Shown: piece by piece, positions 1 to 11,884 of the stretch
Layout: each line of letters starts with the position of its first letter
Position numbering within the stretch: position 1 is the stretch's first letter
Source: Candidatus Omnitrophota bacterium
Lineage (GTDB): Bacteria > Omnitrophota > Gorgyraeia > Gygaellales > Profunditerraquicolaceae
NCBI GenBank assembly: GCA_030650425.1
Contig: JAUSED010000003.1
Coordinates: 199,903-263,902, forward strand
Length of the DNA: 64,000 nucleotides
Direction: 5' to 3'
Notes under the pieces: generated by a model
Database searches by the model: none
Told to the model about the DNA's origin: nothing
The model's input: only the letters and a program-made list of their open reading frames with translations
Translations under genes and position numbers: made by a program

Positions 1-225
1 GACCATCATAATTATAGCGAAGAGGATTTATTCGGTATCGCTACTAAATGCGCGAAAGAAAGTTTAGGGATAATCCTCACCACTGAAAAAGATGCGGTAA
101 GAATATCCGAGGCAAAACTAAAACTCTTTGAGGGGTATCAGCTTTTGGTTTTACGCATAGCCTTAAAAATCACCAAAAATGAAGAGCAACTTTTTAATCG
201 ATTACTTAGCCTGTATTCTTTTTAG
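1..225 (+). CDS. lpxK: Tetraacyldisaccharide 4'-kinase, 3' part (5' end outside window)
   Basis: Frame 1 reads DHHNY...ILTTEKDAVRI...LYSF* (TAG at 223-225). DHH and TTEKD are LpxK C-terminal motifs, and the gene heads an LPS operon. Confidence 0.85.
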   Translation, partial: DHHNYSEEDLFGIATKCAKESLGIILTTEKDAVRISEAKLKLFEGYQLLVLRIALKITKNEEQLFNRLLSLYSF

Positions 226-2122
226 GATTCTCGGGGCAACCTTTAGGTTTCTTCCGGTTGGATGGAGCCTTTGCTTAGGCCGCAGGGCCGGGGATTGCTT
301 TTATTATTTCGACTTTAAGCATAAGGCGAGGAGCTACGCGAACATTAAATTTGCCGTAGGTAAAGAATTACCTCCCGCGAAAATCGCGAAACTCACCAAA
401 GAATTTTATCAGTCATTCGGGCAAAGTTTGATTGAGATATTCCTGATCCCTAAAGTAGATAAAGCCTATATGGATAAATATATACATATAGAGGGATTGG
501 AGAATATCTACAACGGTTTAAAAAAAGGTAAGGGAGTAATTCTTATCGCGATACACGCGGGAAGCTGGGAGTTGGCTAATATTATCTGCGCCAACCTCGG
601 TTTTCCGTTTTATCTTTTTATTAAGGATCAGGATTTCCCGCGTTTAAACGAATTACTGAATAAATACCGCCGGCAAAAAGGGTGCAAGATAATTGCTAAA
701 GAAGGGGGGCTCAAACAATTAATCGAAGCGCTTAAAAACAACTCGGCGGTGGGTATAACTTTGGATCAGGGCGGTAAGACAGGAGAGCTGGTGGATTTCT
801 TTGGCAGGAGCGCCTCGATGTCTACCGGCGGGATAAAACTGGCTTTAAAATACGGATGTCCGGTTGTTCCGGTATATTTTAAGCGGACCCGTGGCCCGAA
901 TGTGCAGGTATTGGTGGGAAAAGAGTTGGAATTAACCAAAACCGGAAATTCGGATACTGACCTGAAAGATAACCTGCGGAGATTCACTAAGTACTTCGAA
1001 GAATTAATCCGTAAGTACCCCAAAGAATATCTTTGGACCTACAAGATCTGGAAATATTCGGACCAGCGGAATATTCTTATCCTAAGCGATGGCAAGGCCG
1101 GGCATTCGCGCCAGTCAGAGGCTGTGGCTGAGATAGTTGTAGAGCGCCTGAAAAATAAAGGGATACAGGCAAAAGTTAATTTCATGGAAGTAAGGTTCAA
1201 AAATAAATTAGGCAAAACAATCCTTTCCTTAAGCAGTCTATTTACGGGAAAGTATCATTGTCAGGGGCGGCTTTGGTGCTTGAAGAAATCACTCAATGAA
1301 GATACATATAAAATGCTCATGCGTTTGAGCCCGGATATTATTATTTCTTCTGGTTCAGGGCTTGCGGCGGTTAACTTGGCGATTGCGCGTGAAAGCCTAA
1401 GCAAATCTATTCAGATTATGCGGCCGTCAATTTTGAGCGTGAAGAGATTTGATTTGGTGATTATGCCGCGGCATGACCATCCTCCGCAGAGAAAGAATAT
1501 AGTAGTTACCGCGGGGAGCCTTAATCTTGTAGAGGAACAATATCTTAAGCAAGAATCGGGTAAATTAATCCAGAGAGTAAATTTAAACCCGCAAGCCGGT
1601 TATGTCGGGGTATTAATAGGCGGGGATAGCAAGAGATTTGTCCTTGAGCATGACTTAATACGTAAAGTTATTGCTGAACTAAAAAAAGCCGCTGAGAAAA
1701 TCAACGCGGATATACTTTTGACTACTTCTCGCCGGACAAGTGCGGAAACTGAAGATTTGATAAAACAGGAGCTTAAAGATTATCCGCGCTGCAAACTTAT
1801 GGTTATTGCCAACGAGAAAAACATCCCGGAAGCAGTAGGGGGGATTTTAGGTCTAAGTAAGGTAATCGTGAGTTCTCCGGAGAGTATATCGATGATCTCT
1901 GAAGCAGTGAACAGCGCCAAACCAGTAGTAGTTTTTAGGGTAGGAGGTTTAAACAGGAAACATAGGGTCTTTGTTGAGAATTTATCCCGGAGTCAACATA
2001 TAATTCTAAGTGCAGTTGATTCTCTGGGGCAGAGAATAGAAGAAGCATGGCAGGATAAAGCTGCGGTAAATGTTTTAAGCGATAATGATTTAGTCGCTAA
2101 GGCGGTAGAAAAAATATTATGA
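179..2122 (+). CDS. Fusion of a lipid A late acyltransferase (LpxL/HtrB family) and an ELM1-like domain
   Basis: N-half has HAGSWE, LDQG, FFGR and PKEYLWTYKIWK. C-half has LSDGKAGH, FDLVIMPRHD, LIGG, TTSRRT and ESISMISEA, typical of bacterial 'mitochondrial fission ELM1' proteins. Confidence 0.8.
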   Translation: MKSNFLIDYLACILFRILGATFRFLPVGWSLCLGRRAGDCFYYFDFKHKARSYANIKFAVGKELPPAKIAKLTKEFYQSFGQSLIEIFLIPKVDKAYMDKYIHIEGLENIYNGLKKGKGVILIAIHAGSWELANIICANLGFPFYLFIKDQDFPRLNELLNKYRRQKGCKIIAKEGGLKQLIEALKNNSAVGITLDQGGKTGELVDFFGRSASMSTGGIKLALKYGCPVVPVYFKRTRGPNVQVLVGKELELTKTGNSDTDLKDNLRRFTKYFEELIRKYPKEYLWTYKIWKYSDQRNILILSDGKAGHSRQSEAVAEIVVERLKNKGIQAKVNFMEVRFKNKLGKTILSLSSLFTGKYHCQGRLWCLKKSLNEDTYKMLMRLSPDIIISSGSGLAAVNLAIARESLSKSIQIMRPSILSVKRFDLVIMPRHDHPPQRKNIVVTAGSLNLVEEQYLKQESGKLIQRVNLNPQAGYVGVLIGGDSKRFVLEHDLIRKVIAELKKAAEKINADILLTTSRRTSAETEDLIKQELKDYPRCKLMVIANEKNIPEAVGGILGLSKVIVSSPESISMISEAVNSAKPVVVFRVGGLNRKHRVFVENLSRSQHIILSAVDSLGQRIEEAWQDKAAVNVLSDNDLVAKAVEKIL

Positions 2123-4202
2123 ATATCTTACAAATCTTACCAGAGCTTAATGTCGGCGGGGTTGAGACCGGAACTTTGGATCTCTCCAAATATTTAGTGC
2201 GCTTAGGGCATAAGGCAATAGTGGTCTCCGCGGGCGGCTCGCTGGTGAAGGATTTGGAGGCATTGGGAGGCGTTCATTACCAATTGCCCGTGCACAAAAA
2301 ATCTATTTTTTCGATGATTAAAGCGATTCCGCTTTTAATAGAGATTATCAAGAAAGAAAAAATCGATATCGTGCATGCGCGCTCCCGCGTGCCGGCCTGG
2401 ATCGCTTTTTTTGCCTGTCGCGAAACAAAAACCGTCTTGATCACTACCTGTCATGGCTATTATAAAAAACATCCGTTTAGTTATGTGATGGGTTGGGCCA
2501 AGCGGGTAATCGTTTTGAGTAATGTCATCGCCCGGCATATGATCGAAGACTTTAGTGTTCCGCACGAACGGATCAGGCTTATTCCGCGCAGCGTAGATCT
2601 GGAGAAGTTTAAATATTTTGATCCGGATAAAAAACGGGGAAAGGAATTTAATATCGGGATTATCGGCAGAATCACTCCGTTAAAAGGCCACCTCTATTTT
2701 ATTAAGGCCATGGCAAAAGCTGCCCGGGTTATCCCGCAGTTAAAGATTTGGATCGTAGGGGACGCCCCGAGTTCACGCCAAGCCTATAAAGAGCAGATCC
2801 AAGTATTAGTCAGAAGATTGGGGTTGGCTCATTGCACAGAGTTTTTGGGCACGCAAAAAAATATACCGGAGATCTTATCCAATTTAGATCTGGTGGTTCT
2901 GGCGACCACCACGCATGAGGCGTTTGGGAGGGTGATTGTTGAGGCGCAAGCCGCGGGTGTGCCGGTTGTCGCTACTGAAGTGGGTGGAGTGGTGGATATC
3001 ATCGAACACGGCCGCACAGGATTAATCGTTCCTCCGAGCGACCCCCAAAGCATGGCCGAGGCAGTGATCAAGATATTTAAGGATCCGGAGTTAGCGCGTA
3101 ATCTTAGCGAAGCAGCCTATCAAAAAGTCAAAGAGAAATACAATGTCGAGTTAATGGTTGATAACACGCTTAATGTTTATCAGGAGGCGTTGAGTAATTT
3201 TAGGCTTTTAATCATTAAGTTGAGTTCGTTGGGAGATCTCATTTTATCTACGCCGGGCTTGCGGGCGATAAGAGAGAAGTTTCCGCGCCACAAGATAAGT
3301 TTTCTGGTCGGAGAAGAATCTAAAGAACTACTCTTGAGGTCTCCTTATATAGACGAGTTGCTGGTGGTTAACTTAAAAAATAAAGATAAAGGCTTAAAAG
3401 GCCTGTTTAATATTGCCCGGATTCTAAGAAAGAAAAATTTTGATCTGGTCATTGACCTGCAGAATAACCGCGTCAGCCACCTGCTTTCTTTCTTCTCTTT
3501 AAGCCCTGACCGTTACGGCTATGATAACAAAAAATTCGGTTTCTTACTTAACCACAGGATCAAAGATGAAAAGCCCGCGCTGGATCCTGTGACGCATCAA
3601 TTTTGTGTCTTGAAGATGCTGGGGATAGACTTAAGGGATAACCGTCTGGAGTTATGGCCTGGCAAAGAAGACGAAGAATATATCGAAAATTTCCTGAGCA
3701 GGGAATGGTTGAGCGCTGACCAGAAAATCATCGGAATAAATATCAGCGCCAGTAAGAGGTGGTTGACTAAAGCTTGGCCAAAAGACCGTATTGCCAAGCT
3801 GTGCGATGAACTGGGGCTAAAAAACATCCGGGTTTTGATTACCGGTACAGAGAATGATGCGCAGGAAGCCAATGCTTTAACCGCGATGGTCAAGAATACC
3901 AAGATTATCAATGCCTGCGCCAAAACCAACGTGAATCAGTTAGCCGCGCTGATCAAACGTTGTTCTTTGTACATCTCGGCGGATTCCTCGCCTCTGCACA
4001 TAGCCGCGGCTGTGAACATACCGGTGATTGCCTTTTTTGGTCCGACTGACCCGGCAAGACATATGCCTCCGGCAAAACATTACGTAATTATTCGCAGAGA
4101 ATTGGAATGCAGCCCCTGTTATAAGCCTAAATGCAGGCATAAAAAGTGCATGGATATGATTACGGTTGAAGAAGTGTTGGAGGCAGTAGATAAATTACTT
4201 AG

Positions 4203-4206
<4 letters not shown>
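2119..4206 (+). CDS. GT4 glycosyltransferase fused to a GT9 heptosyltransferase-like domain
   Basis: GT4 motifs GGVE, HARSR and EAFGRVIVEAQAAG; GT9 motifs KLSSLGD and DSSPLHIAAA..FFGPT. Confidence 0.85.
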
Positions 4207-5284
<1,078 letters not shown>

Positions 5285-5306
<22 letters not shown>

Positions 5307-6109
5307 TTGTCGCCGCGTTACTCGCGGTTATCATATTTTCCTTTCTAAGTTTCGTCCGGCATAAATACGTTCTTCCGGTAATTATGTACCACTCCATTAA
5401 TCCGGATACGCAAAACAACAGCCTTTTGGTGGTTACTCCGGAGAATTTCCGCAGACAGATGCGTTTTTTAAAGGAGCATGATTACCATGTGGTTTCTCTT
5501 GAAGAGGCGGCTGATTTCATAAGAAATAAAAAAAGGCCTCCACCTCGCACAATCGCGATAACTTTTGATGATGGATATAAAGATAACTATACCTATGCCC
5601 TCCCTATACTTAAAGAATACAATTTTACGGCGACGATATTTATTGTAGTGAATGAAGTAGGGGTTCCTCCGGATAAAAAGCTCTCTTGGGATGAAATTCA
5701 GGCTATACAGAAATCAGGGCTGATTACCTTCGGTAGTCACACGATTGATCATCCTAATCTGGCGGAGGTTACTTCCAGCGAAACCATCAAAAACGAAATT
5801 CAGGGCTCAAAAAAGATAATCGAGGAGAAGTTGGGAAAGAAAGTAGGGGCCTTTAGTTATCCCAGCGGAAGATTCAGTAAAGCCGCCCGGCAGGCGGTGA
5901 TTGATGCCGGATATAAACTGGCTGTAGCTACTAATCCGGGGAAGAGAATACCCGATGACGATATATTCGTCATCAAGCGGATCAGAATCTCCAAGAATTG
6001 CGATAATTTGTTTATATTCTGGGTAGAGACAAGCGGCTATTATAATTTTATGAGGGAGAGCAAGGGGCAGAAAAATGGGCGCGGAAGCCAAGAAGATACT
6101 TATCTTTAA
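5285..6109 (+). CDS. Polysaccharide deacetylase (CE4/NodB) with N-terminal membrane anchor
   Basis: MYH, ITFDDGY, GSHTIDH and FSYPSG motifs. Confidence 0.9.
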
Positions 6110-7094
6110 TGTTAACTGGCTGGGAGATGTTTTATTCTCTACGGCGGTAATCCGGAATATCCGGCGTAATTTTCCGAATAGCTTCTTGGCCTGTATTATA
6201 CCAGCTAGGTGTTATCCCGTCTTAAAGGGAAACCCGCATTTGGATGAAATAATTATTTTTGACGAGAAAGACCGGCATAAGGGTTTATTCGCCAGGTTAG
6301 GCTTTATCCGTAATCTTAAGAATAAGAAGTTCGATATGGTCTTTCTTTTACACAGGTCATTTAGCCGCGCGCTTATCTGCCGTCTCGCCGGGATACCGGA
6401 AAGAATAGGCCATTATACGAAAAAAAGGGCCTTCCTGTTGACCAAAAAGATCATCCCGCCGAAGAGGGATTCGCTTCATCGCATAGATTATTATCTGGAT
6501 ATTATTGAGCAGGCAGGGTTAAGGGTAGAAGACCGCTATCCGGAATTCTTTATCAGTACTGAAGATAAAGCCTTTGTGGAAGACTTTCTGAATAAAAACT
6601 CGGTTAAGCAAGATGATTTTATCGTGGCTATAAACCCGGGAGGAAACTGGCCGCCTAAACGCTGGCCTAAAGATTATTGGGTGGAATTAGCGGATAAGCT
6701 GATTGAAGATTCTGCTGCCAAGTTAATTATTACCGGATCAGTTAATGATTTGTCTTTAGCTGGTTACATTCGCGGAAAAATGCTGCATAAGCCTATAGTT
6801 GCCTGCGGGGTATTTAATCTAAAACAGCTTGGCGCGTTAGCCAAAAAAGCGGACCTGTTTATTACCGCTGATACCGGGCCTTTGCATATCGCTAACAGCG
6901 TGGGAGCGAAAAAAATAATCGCGCTCTTTGGCCCTACCTCGCCGGCAGTCACCGGGCCTTATCCGTCAAAAAACGTCACTATCCTGCAGAAGGACGTGGG
7001 CTGCGAGATTTCCTGCTATGAAGTAAATTGTAAAGATAACCGCTGCATGAAGGCGATCACGCCTGCCGACGTGCTCCAAGAAATAAAAAAATAA
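6075..7094 (+). CDS. waaF: LPS heptosyltransferase II-like (GT9)
   Basis: NWLGD, NPGG..KRWP, DTGPLHIA and LFGPT motifs. Confidence 0.75.
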   Translation: MGAEAKKILIFNVNWLGDVLFSTAVIRNIRRNFPNSFLACIIPARCYPVLKGNPHLDEIIIFDEKDRHKGLFARLGFIRNLKNKKFDMVFLLHRSFSRALICRLAGIPERIGHYTKKRAFLLTKKIIPPKRDSLHRIDYYLDIIEQAGLRVEDRYPEFFISTEDKAFVEDFLNKNSVKQDDFIVAINPGGNWPPKRWPKDYWVELADKLIEDSAAKLIITGSVNDLSLAGYIRGKMLHKPIVACGVFNLKQLGALAKKADLFITADTGPLHIANSVGAKKIIALFGPTSPAVTGPYPSKNVTILQKDVGCEISCYEVNCKDNRCMKAITPADVLQEIKK

Positions 7095-7095
7095 G

Positions 7096-9120
7096 ATGGC
7101 GCGTAAAATACTTTTCATTACCCTCAGCAATATCGGCGATTGTCTACTCACTCTGCCGGTATTGGATAGCCTGCGGCAAAAATTCCCTGAAGCGCGAATT
7201 ACGGTCATCGCTGGGCCGCGGACAAAAGGAGTATTCGCGGGCAATCCTGATATCCACAAATTTATCACCTATGATAAACGCGCCAGCCTTAAAGAAAAAA
7301 TAAATTTATTCGTTTCTTTATGGAAAGAGAGCTTCGACGTAGTAGTTGATTTACGCAATAGCTTATTCGGAGTATTTCTTCCGGCCAAGTATAAAACTTC
7401 ACCTTTTTTGAAGATACCCAAGCGCGTCAAACATATGAAGGATAGGCATCTCTATAAGATAAAGGGTATATTCAAAATTAAGGACGCGCCTATTTTACCC
7501 GTAGCATTATATCCCAGCTTAACGGATAAAGAGAAGATTAATCAAATATTAAAAGAGAATAAAATCAATAGCGAAGATAAGTTAATCGTAGTTGCTGCCG
7601 GAGCGCGCAGCCACACGAAGCGCTGGCCCAGAGAGAGATTCATAGAATTGATCGCGAAGTTGATCCAAGAGTTGCCGGTAAAAATTATTTTGGTGGGAGA
7701 TCGGGAAGATAGGGAGGGTAATCAATATATCGCCCAACAGGTAAGGGTCCCACTAGTGGATTTGAGCGCCAGGACTTCACTCAATGAGTTGAGCTATCTT
7801 TTAAAAAAGGCGAGCCTCTTGATTAGTAATGACAGCGCGACTTTACATCTTGCCGGCTACCTGAATATTCCGGTAGTCGCTGTATTCGGAATAACTGATG
7901 ACGCCAAATACGGGCCATGGTCAGAAGGGTCTTTGGTAGCGAAAAAAGAAATATCCTGCCGGCCCTGTCAAGAGGCGCAATGTGAATTCGGGACTTTGGA
8001 ATGTATCACGTTGGTAAAAGTAGAGGATGTCTTTAGGCTAGTGAAAGATATATTGCTTAGTGAAGACAGAAGACAGAAGGCAGAAGACAGAAAAGAGTTT
8101 AAGCGGATACTGGTCGTACGTACCGACAGGATCGGCGATGTGCTTTTATCCACGCCGGTAATCAAGGCCTTAAGAGACAGTTATCCGCACGCCTTTATCG
8201 CGATGATGGTTTCTCCGTATGCTAAAGATATAGTCGAAGGTAATCCTTATTTGGATAAAGTAATCATTTTGGATAAGGACGGAGAACATAAAAATTGGCT
8301 GCGCTCGGTTAAATTAATCCGGAAATTAAAGAAGATGAAATTTGATTTGGCGCTCGTTTTACATCCGACTAACCGCGCGCACTTATTAACTTTTCTTAGC
8401 GCTATACCCAAAAGAGTCGGTTATGACCGTAAACTGGGATTCTTGCTTAGCGATAGGATTAAACATACCAAGCAGTTTGGAGAAAAACACGAGCTGGATT
8501 ATAACTTGGACTTATTAAGGTATTTAGGCGTCGAAATAAAAGATAAAAATTTATTTATACCGGTTAAGCCTGAAGCTGAAAAGTGGGTAGAGGAATTATT
8601 CAGGCAGGAAGGAATAAGTAGTTCAGATAAGCTATTGGCGCTTAACCCTAGCGCCAGCTGCCCGTCGAAAATCTGGCCGGCTGAGCGCTTTGCCCAAACA
8701 GCGGATAAGTTAACCCAAAAATACGGATTTAAGATCATAGTGATTAGCGGGCCAAAAGACATCAGGCTTGCCGATAATTTAGTTAAAAATATGCGCTCGA
8801 GGGCAATTAATCTGGCGGCAAAGACCTCCGTAACGCAATTGGCCAGCTTATTAAAAAGATGCAGCCTATTTATTTCCAATGATTCCGGCCCGGTGCATAT
8901 TGCTTCAGCTGTGGGCACGCCGGTGATTTCCATTTTTGGCAGGAATCAGGCAGGTTTGGGCCCGAAACGTTGGGGGCCGGTGGGAGAGCGGGATAAACTC
9001 CTGCATAAAGCTGCCTGCATAGAATGCCTGGCGCACAATTGCCAAAAACAATTCACTTGCCTTAAGGCAATTAGTGTTGAGGATGTGGTCTTGGCCGCGG
9101 ACGCAATTTTACAAAATTAA
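7096..9120 (+). CDS. Tandem double GT9 heptosyltransferase-like protein
   Basis: Two complete GT9 motif sets: SNIGD...NDSATLHLA and DRIGD...NDSGPVHIA. Confidence 0.85.
   Translation: MARKILFITLSNIGDCLLTLPVLDSLRQKFPEARITVIAGPRTKGVFAGNPDIHKFITYDKRASLKEKINLFVSLWKESFDVVVDLRNSLFGVFLPAKYKTSPFLKIPKRVKHMKDRHLYKIKGIFKIKDAPILPVALYPSLTDKEKINQILKENKINSEDKLIVVAAGARSHTKRWPRERFIELIAKLIQELPVKIILVGDREDREGNQYIAQQVRVPLVDLSARTSLNELSYLLKKASLLISNDSATLHLAGYLNIPVVAVFGITDDAKYGPWSEGSLVAKKEISCRPCQEAQCEFGTLECITLVKVEDVFRLVKDILLSEDRRQKAEDRKEFKRILVVRTDRIGDVLLSTPVIKALRDSYPHAFIAMMVSPYAKDIVEGNPYLDKVIILDKDGEHKNWLRSVKLIRKLKKMKFDLALVLHPTNRAHLLTFLSAIPKRVGYDRKLGFLLSDRIKHTKQFGEKHELDYNLDLLRYLGVEIKDKNLFIPVKPEAEKWVEELFRQEGISSSDKLLALNPSASCPSKIWPAERFAQTADKLTQKYGFKIIVISGPKDIRLADNLVKNMRSRAINLAAKTSVTQLASLLKRCSLFISNDSGPVHIASAVGTPVISIFGRNQAGLGPKRWGPVGERDKLLHKAACIECLAHNCQKQFTCLKAISVEDVVLAADAILQN
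8062..8094 (+). repeat. Heptamer tandem repeat (CAGAAGA-type) forming the linker between the two GT9 domains
   Basis: gaaga cagaaga cagaagg cagaaga cagaaaa; encodes EDRRQKAEDRK. Confidence 0.85.
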
Positions 9121-9162
9121 ATTGATATCGAAATTAATCTGGTGATTGTGGTAAATATATAG

Positions 9163-9190
9163 TTGATTAAGCGCCGGATTGTGCTAAAAT
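9163..9190 (+). promoter_or_regulatory. Possible sigma70 promoter for the hept/Kdo/Lpt segment
   Basis: TTGATT-N16-TAAAAT with a TG extended -10, in the only sizeable intergenic gap of the cluster. Confidence 0.4.
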
Positions 9191-9202
9191 TATAATTTCA
9201 CT

Positions 9203-10132
9203 ATGATAGATATAAAGAAAGTTAAGACATATTCGGTTAAGGCGCGCTTGAGTAAGGTGAATTCCGCGGATTTTGCCCGCATTCCGGCTAAAAATAAGGG
9301 ATTTAGGGCTTTTTATGATTCTTTGCCTAATATCTTAAAGGCAAAGGATTTACGTTGCGTAGTGAATGATATAGCCGCTGCCCGTAAAAACGGTAAGGCA
9401 GTGATATTTATGGCCGGTGCCCACGTGATCAAATGCGGGCTTAATCTTGTCTTAATCGAGCTGATTAAAAATAAAGTGATTACCTGCATCTGTTTAAACG
9501 GCGCGGGGATTATCCACGATTTTGAAATTGCTTTTCAAGGAAAGACTTCCGAAGATGTCAGCCAAAACCTTAAAACCGGTAAATTCGGAATGGGCAGGGA
9601 GACCGCGGAGTTCATTAATAACGCGGTAGCCGAAGGCGTAGAAAGCGGATTAGGTTTAGGGCTCTCCGTCGCTAAAAAAATAGCCGATTCTAAATTGCCT
9701 TATAAAAATCTGAGTTTATTGTACAATGCCCATAAATACAAAGTTCCGGTCTGCGTTTTCGTCGGAATCGGCACAGATATCATTCATCAGCATCCTTCGT
9801 TTAACGCCGGGTTTACTGGCGAAGGGTCTCAGCGTGATTTTTATACGCTCACGGAAAATATCCGCGCCTTAAAGGGTGGAGGGGTAGTTTTAAATTTTGG
9901 CTCGGCAGTGATGCTTCCGGAAGTATTTTTGAAGGCTTTAAATTTAGCCCGTAATTTAGGGAGTAAAGTGAAAGATTTCACCACGGCTACTTTTGATATG
10001 ATTTATCAATACCGCGCGGCCCAGAATGTCGTGGCGCGCCCGGTGATCTCAGGCGGCCAAGGTTACTATATCATCGGCCACCATGAAATCATGCTCCCGC
10101 TTTTGGCGCAGGCAGTTATAGAAAAATTATGA
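9203..10132 (+). CDS. Conserved protein with a deoxyhypusine-synthase-like NAD-binding fold, function unknown
   Basis: GAHVIK.G, NGAGIIHDFEIA, IGTDIIH, GSAVMLPEVFLKAL and GHHEIM motifs, recalled as a DHS-like hypothetical family. Confidence 0.6.
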   Translation: MIDIKKVKTYSVKARLSKVNSADFARIPAKNKGFRAFYDSLPNILKAKDLRCVVNDIAAARKNGKAVIFMAGAHVIKCGLNLVLIELIKNKVITCICLNGAGIIHDFEIAFQGKTSEDVSQNLKTGKFGMGRETAEFINNAVAEGVESGLGLGLSVAKKIADSKLPYKNLSLLYNAHKYKVPVCVFVGIGTDIIHQHPSFNAGFTGEGSQRDFYTLTENIRALKGGGVVLNFGSAVMLPEVFLKALNLARNLGSKVKDFTTATFDMIYQYRAAQNVVARPVISGGQGYYIIGHHEIMLPLLAQAVIEKL

Positions 10133-11142
10133 AAAATTTAAAAGAAATAGTGCGCAGGCTGAACAAGGCAAGAATTCTGGTCATCGGCGATCTTATCCTT
10201 GATGAATATATCTGGGGAAAAGTAGAGAGGATTTCGCCTGAGGCGCCAGTTCCGGTGGTTTGGGCGAATAAACGCACACATGTTCCGGGAGGAGCGGCCA
10301 ACGTAGCCAATAATATCCGTTCTTTTGGCGCCGAGGTCTATTTAGCCGGCGTTACCGGAGGCGATGCCAACGCCAAAATCCTGCTCGCGGAATTGAAGAA
10401 AAATAAAATAAATACCGAAGGCATCTTCGTTGAGCCACAGAGGTATACTACGGTGAAGACTCGAATTATCGCCGGGCATCAACAAGTGGTGCGCGTAGAT
10501 TGGGAGCATACCGAGCCGTTGATTAAGACAACAACGCAGAGGATCTTTAATTTCATTAAGGATAATATCGATAATTTTGACGCCATCATCATCGAAGATT
10601 ACGGAAAAGGGGTAATCAACGCCCAAGTTTTAGCAGGTTTGATTTTACTGGCTCAGGCGCATAAGAAAATCGTCACCGTCGACCCGAAAGAAGACCATTT
10701 CCAATATTACCGTCAGGTGACCTCGATTACTCCTAACCGCAAAGAATTGGAGAACGCGGTGAGAAATCTAAAGATTAAGGACAAAAAGAATAGATTAAAG
10801 CTGGAGAGCGATAAATTATTTACCGATAAGGATATTGACGCCGCGGGAAAACAGATATTGGAATATTTAGGGCTTGAGTCACTCTTAGTTACTTTAGGGG
10901 AACAAGGGATGAAGCTGTTTGAAAAGAATGGGGCGATCACGCATATCCCCACGGTGGCCCAAGAGGTCTTTGATGTATCCGGAGCAGGGGACACGGTAAT
11001 TTCGACTTTTACTCTCGGTTTATGCGGCGGGGCAAGCAGGCTAGAAGCTGCCCATATCGCTAATTACGCCGCCGGTATTGTCGTAGGCAAGATTGGCACA
11101 GCCACGACTACCCGGGAAGAACTTTTAAAAAGGTTAGGTTAA
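10129..11142 (+). CDS. rfaE1: D-glycero-beta-D-manno-heptose-7-phosphate kinase (stand-alone HldE kinase domain)
   Basis: RISPEAPVPV, GGAANVA, DYGKG and DVSGAGDT motifs. Confidence 0.92.
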   Translation: MKNLKEIVRRLNKARILVIGDLILDEYIWGKVERISPEAPVPVVWANKRTHVPGGAANVANNIRSFGAEVYLAGVTGGDANAKILLAELKKNKINTEGIFVEPQRYTTVKTRIIAGHQQVVRVDWEHTEPLIKTTTQRIFNFIKDNIDNFDAIIIEDYGKGVINAQVLAGLILLAQAHKKIVTVDPKEDHFQYYRQVTSITPNRKELENAVRNLKIKDKKNRLKLESDKLFTDKDIDAAGKQILEYLGLESLLVTLGEQGMKLFEKNGAITHIPTVAQEVFDVSGAGDTVISTFTLGLCGGASRLEAAHIANYAAGIVVGKIGTATTTREELLKRLG

Positions 11143-11143
11143 A

Positions 11144-11884
11144 ATGGATGTAATCGGAGTCATACCAGCGCGGTATTCTTCCACCAGATTTGAAGGAAAG
11201 GTTTTGGCTAAGATACTTGGTAAGCCGATGATCCAGCACGTCTGGGAAAGGGCGAAACTTGCCCGGATGCTCGACGATGTGATTATTGCCTGTGACCATG
11301 AATTAGTGGCTTCTACTGCCCGCGAGTTTGGAGCTAAGGTAGTCTTTACCGCTAAGGCGCATGCCTGCGGTACAGACAGGATCAGCGAGGTAGTCAATCC
11401 GCTAGAGGTAAAAATAGTTATAAATATTCAGGGAGATGAGCCATTAATCCATCCCAGTACGATCGATAGCGTAGCGAGCGCGCTTTTAGATAATAAAGAT
11501 ATCAATATGGCTACGTTGATGAAAAGAATAGAAGACCCCGCTTTAATCAATGATCCGAATGTGGTCAAGGTAGTGGTGGATAGGAATAATTTCGCGCTCT
11601 ATTTTTCGCGCGCGGCCATCCCGCATTTAGCGTTGGGCGCTGAAATTGCCAAACCGGTGTATTTTAAGCATATTGGGCTTTATGGATATACCAAAGACTT
11701 CCTTTTTACTTATAAAAACCTGCCGGTCTCTAATTTAGAAAAAACCGAGCGGCTGGAACAATTACGGGTGCTTGAAGGAGGATTCCGGATTAAGGTTATT
11801 GAAACTAAATTCGATACCGTGGGAGTAGATACGCCGGAGGATTTGGAGAAAGTTAAAGTTTATTTAGAGAAGGATAAAATATAA
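11144..11884 (+). CDS. kdsB: 3-deoxy-manno-octulosonate cytidylyltransferase
   Basis: IPARYSSTRFEGK, QGDEP, KHIGLYGY and ERLEQLR motifs. Confidence 0.96.
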   Translation: MDVIGVIPARYSSTRFEGKVLAKILGKPMIQHVWERAKLARMLDDVIIACDHELVASTAREFGAKVVFTAKAHACGTDRISEVVNPLEVKIVINIQGDEPLIHPSTIDSVASALLDNKDINMATLMKRIEDPALINDPNVVKVVVDRNNFALYFSRAAIPHLALGAEIAKPVYFKHIGLYGYTKDFLFTYKNLPVSNLEKTERLEQLRVLEGGFRIKVIETKFDTVGVDTPEDLEKVKVYLEKDKI

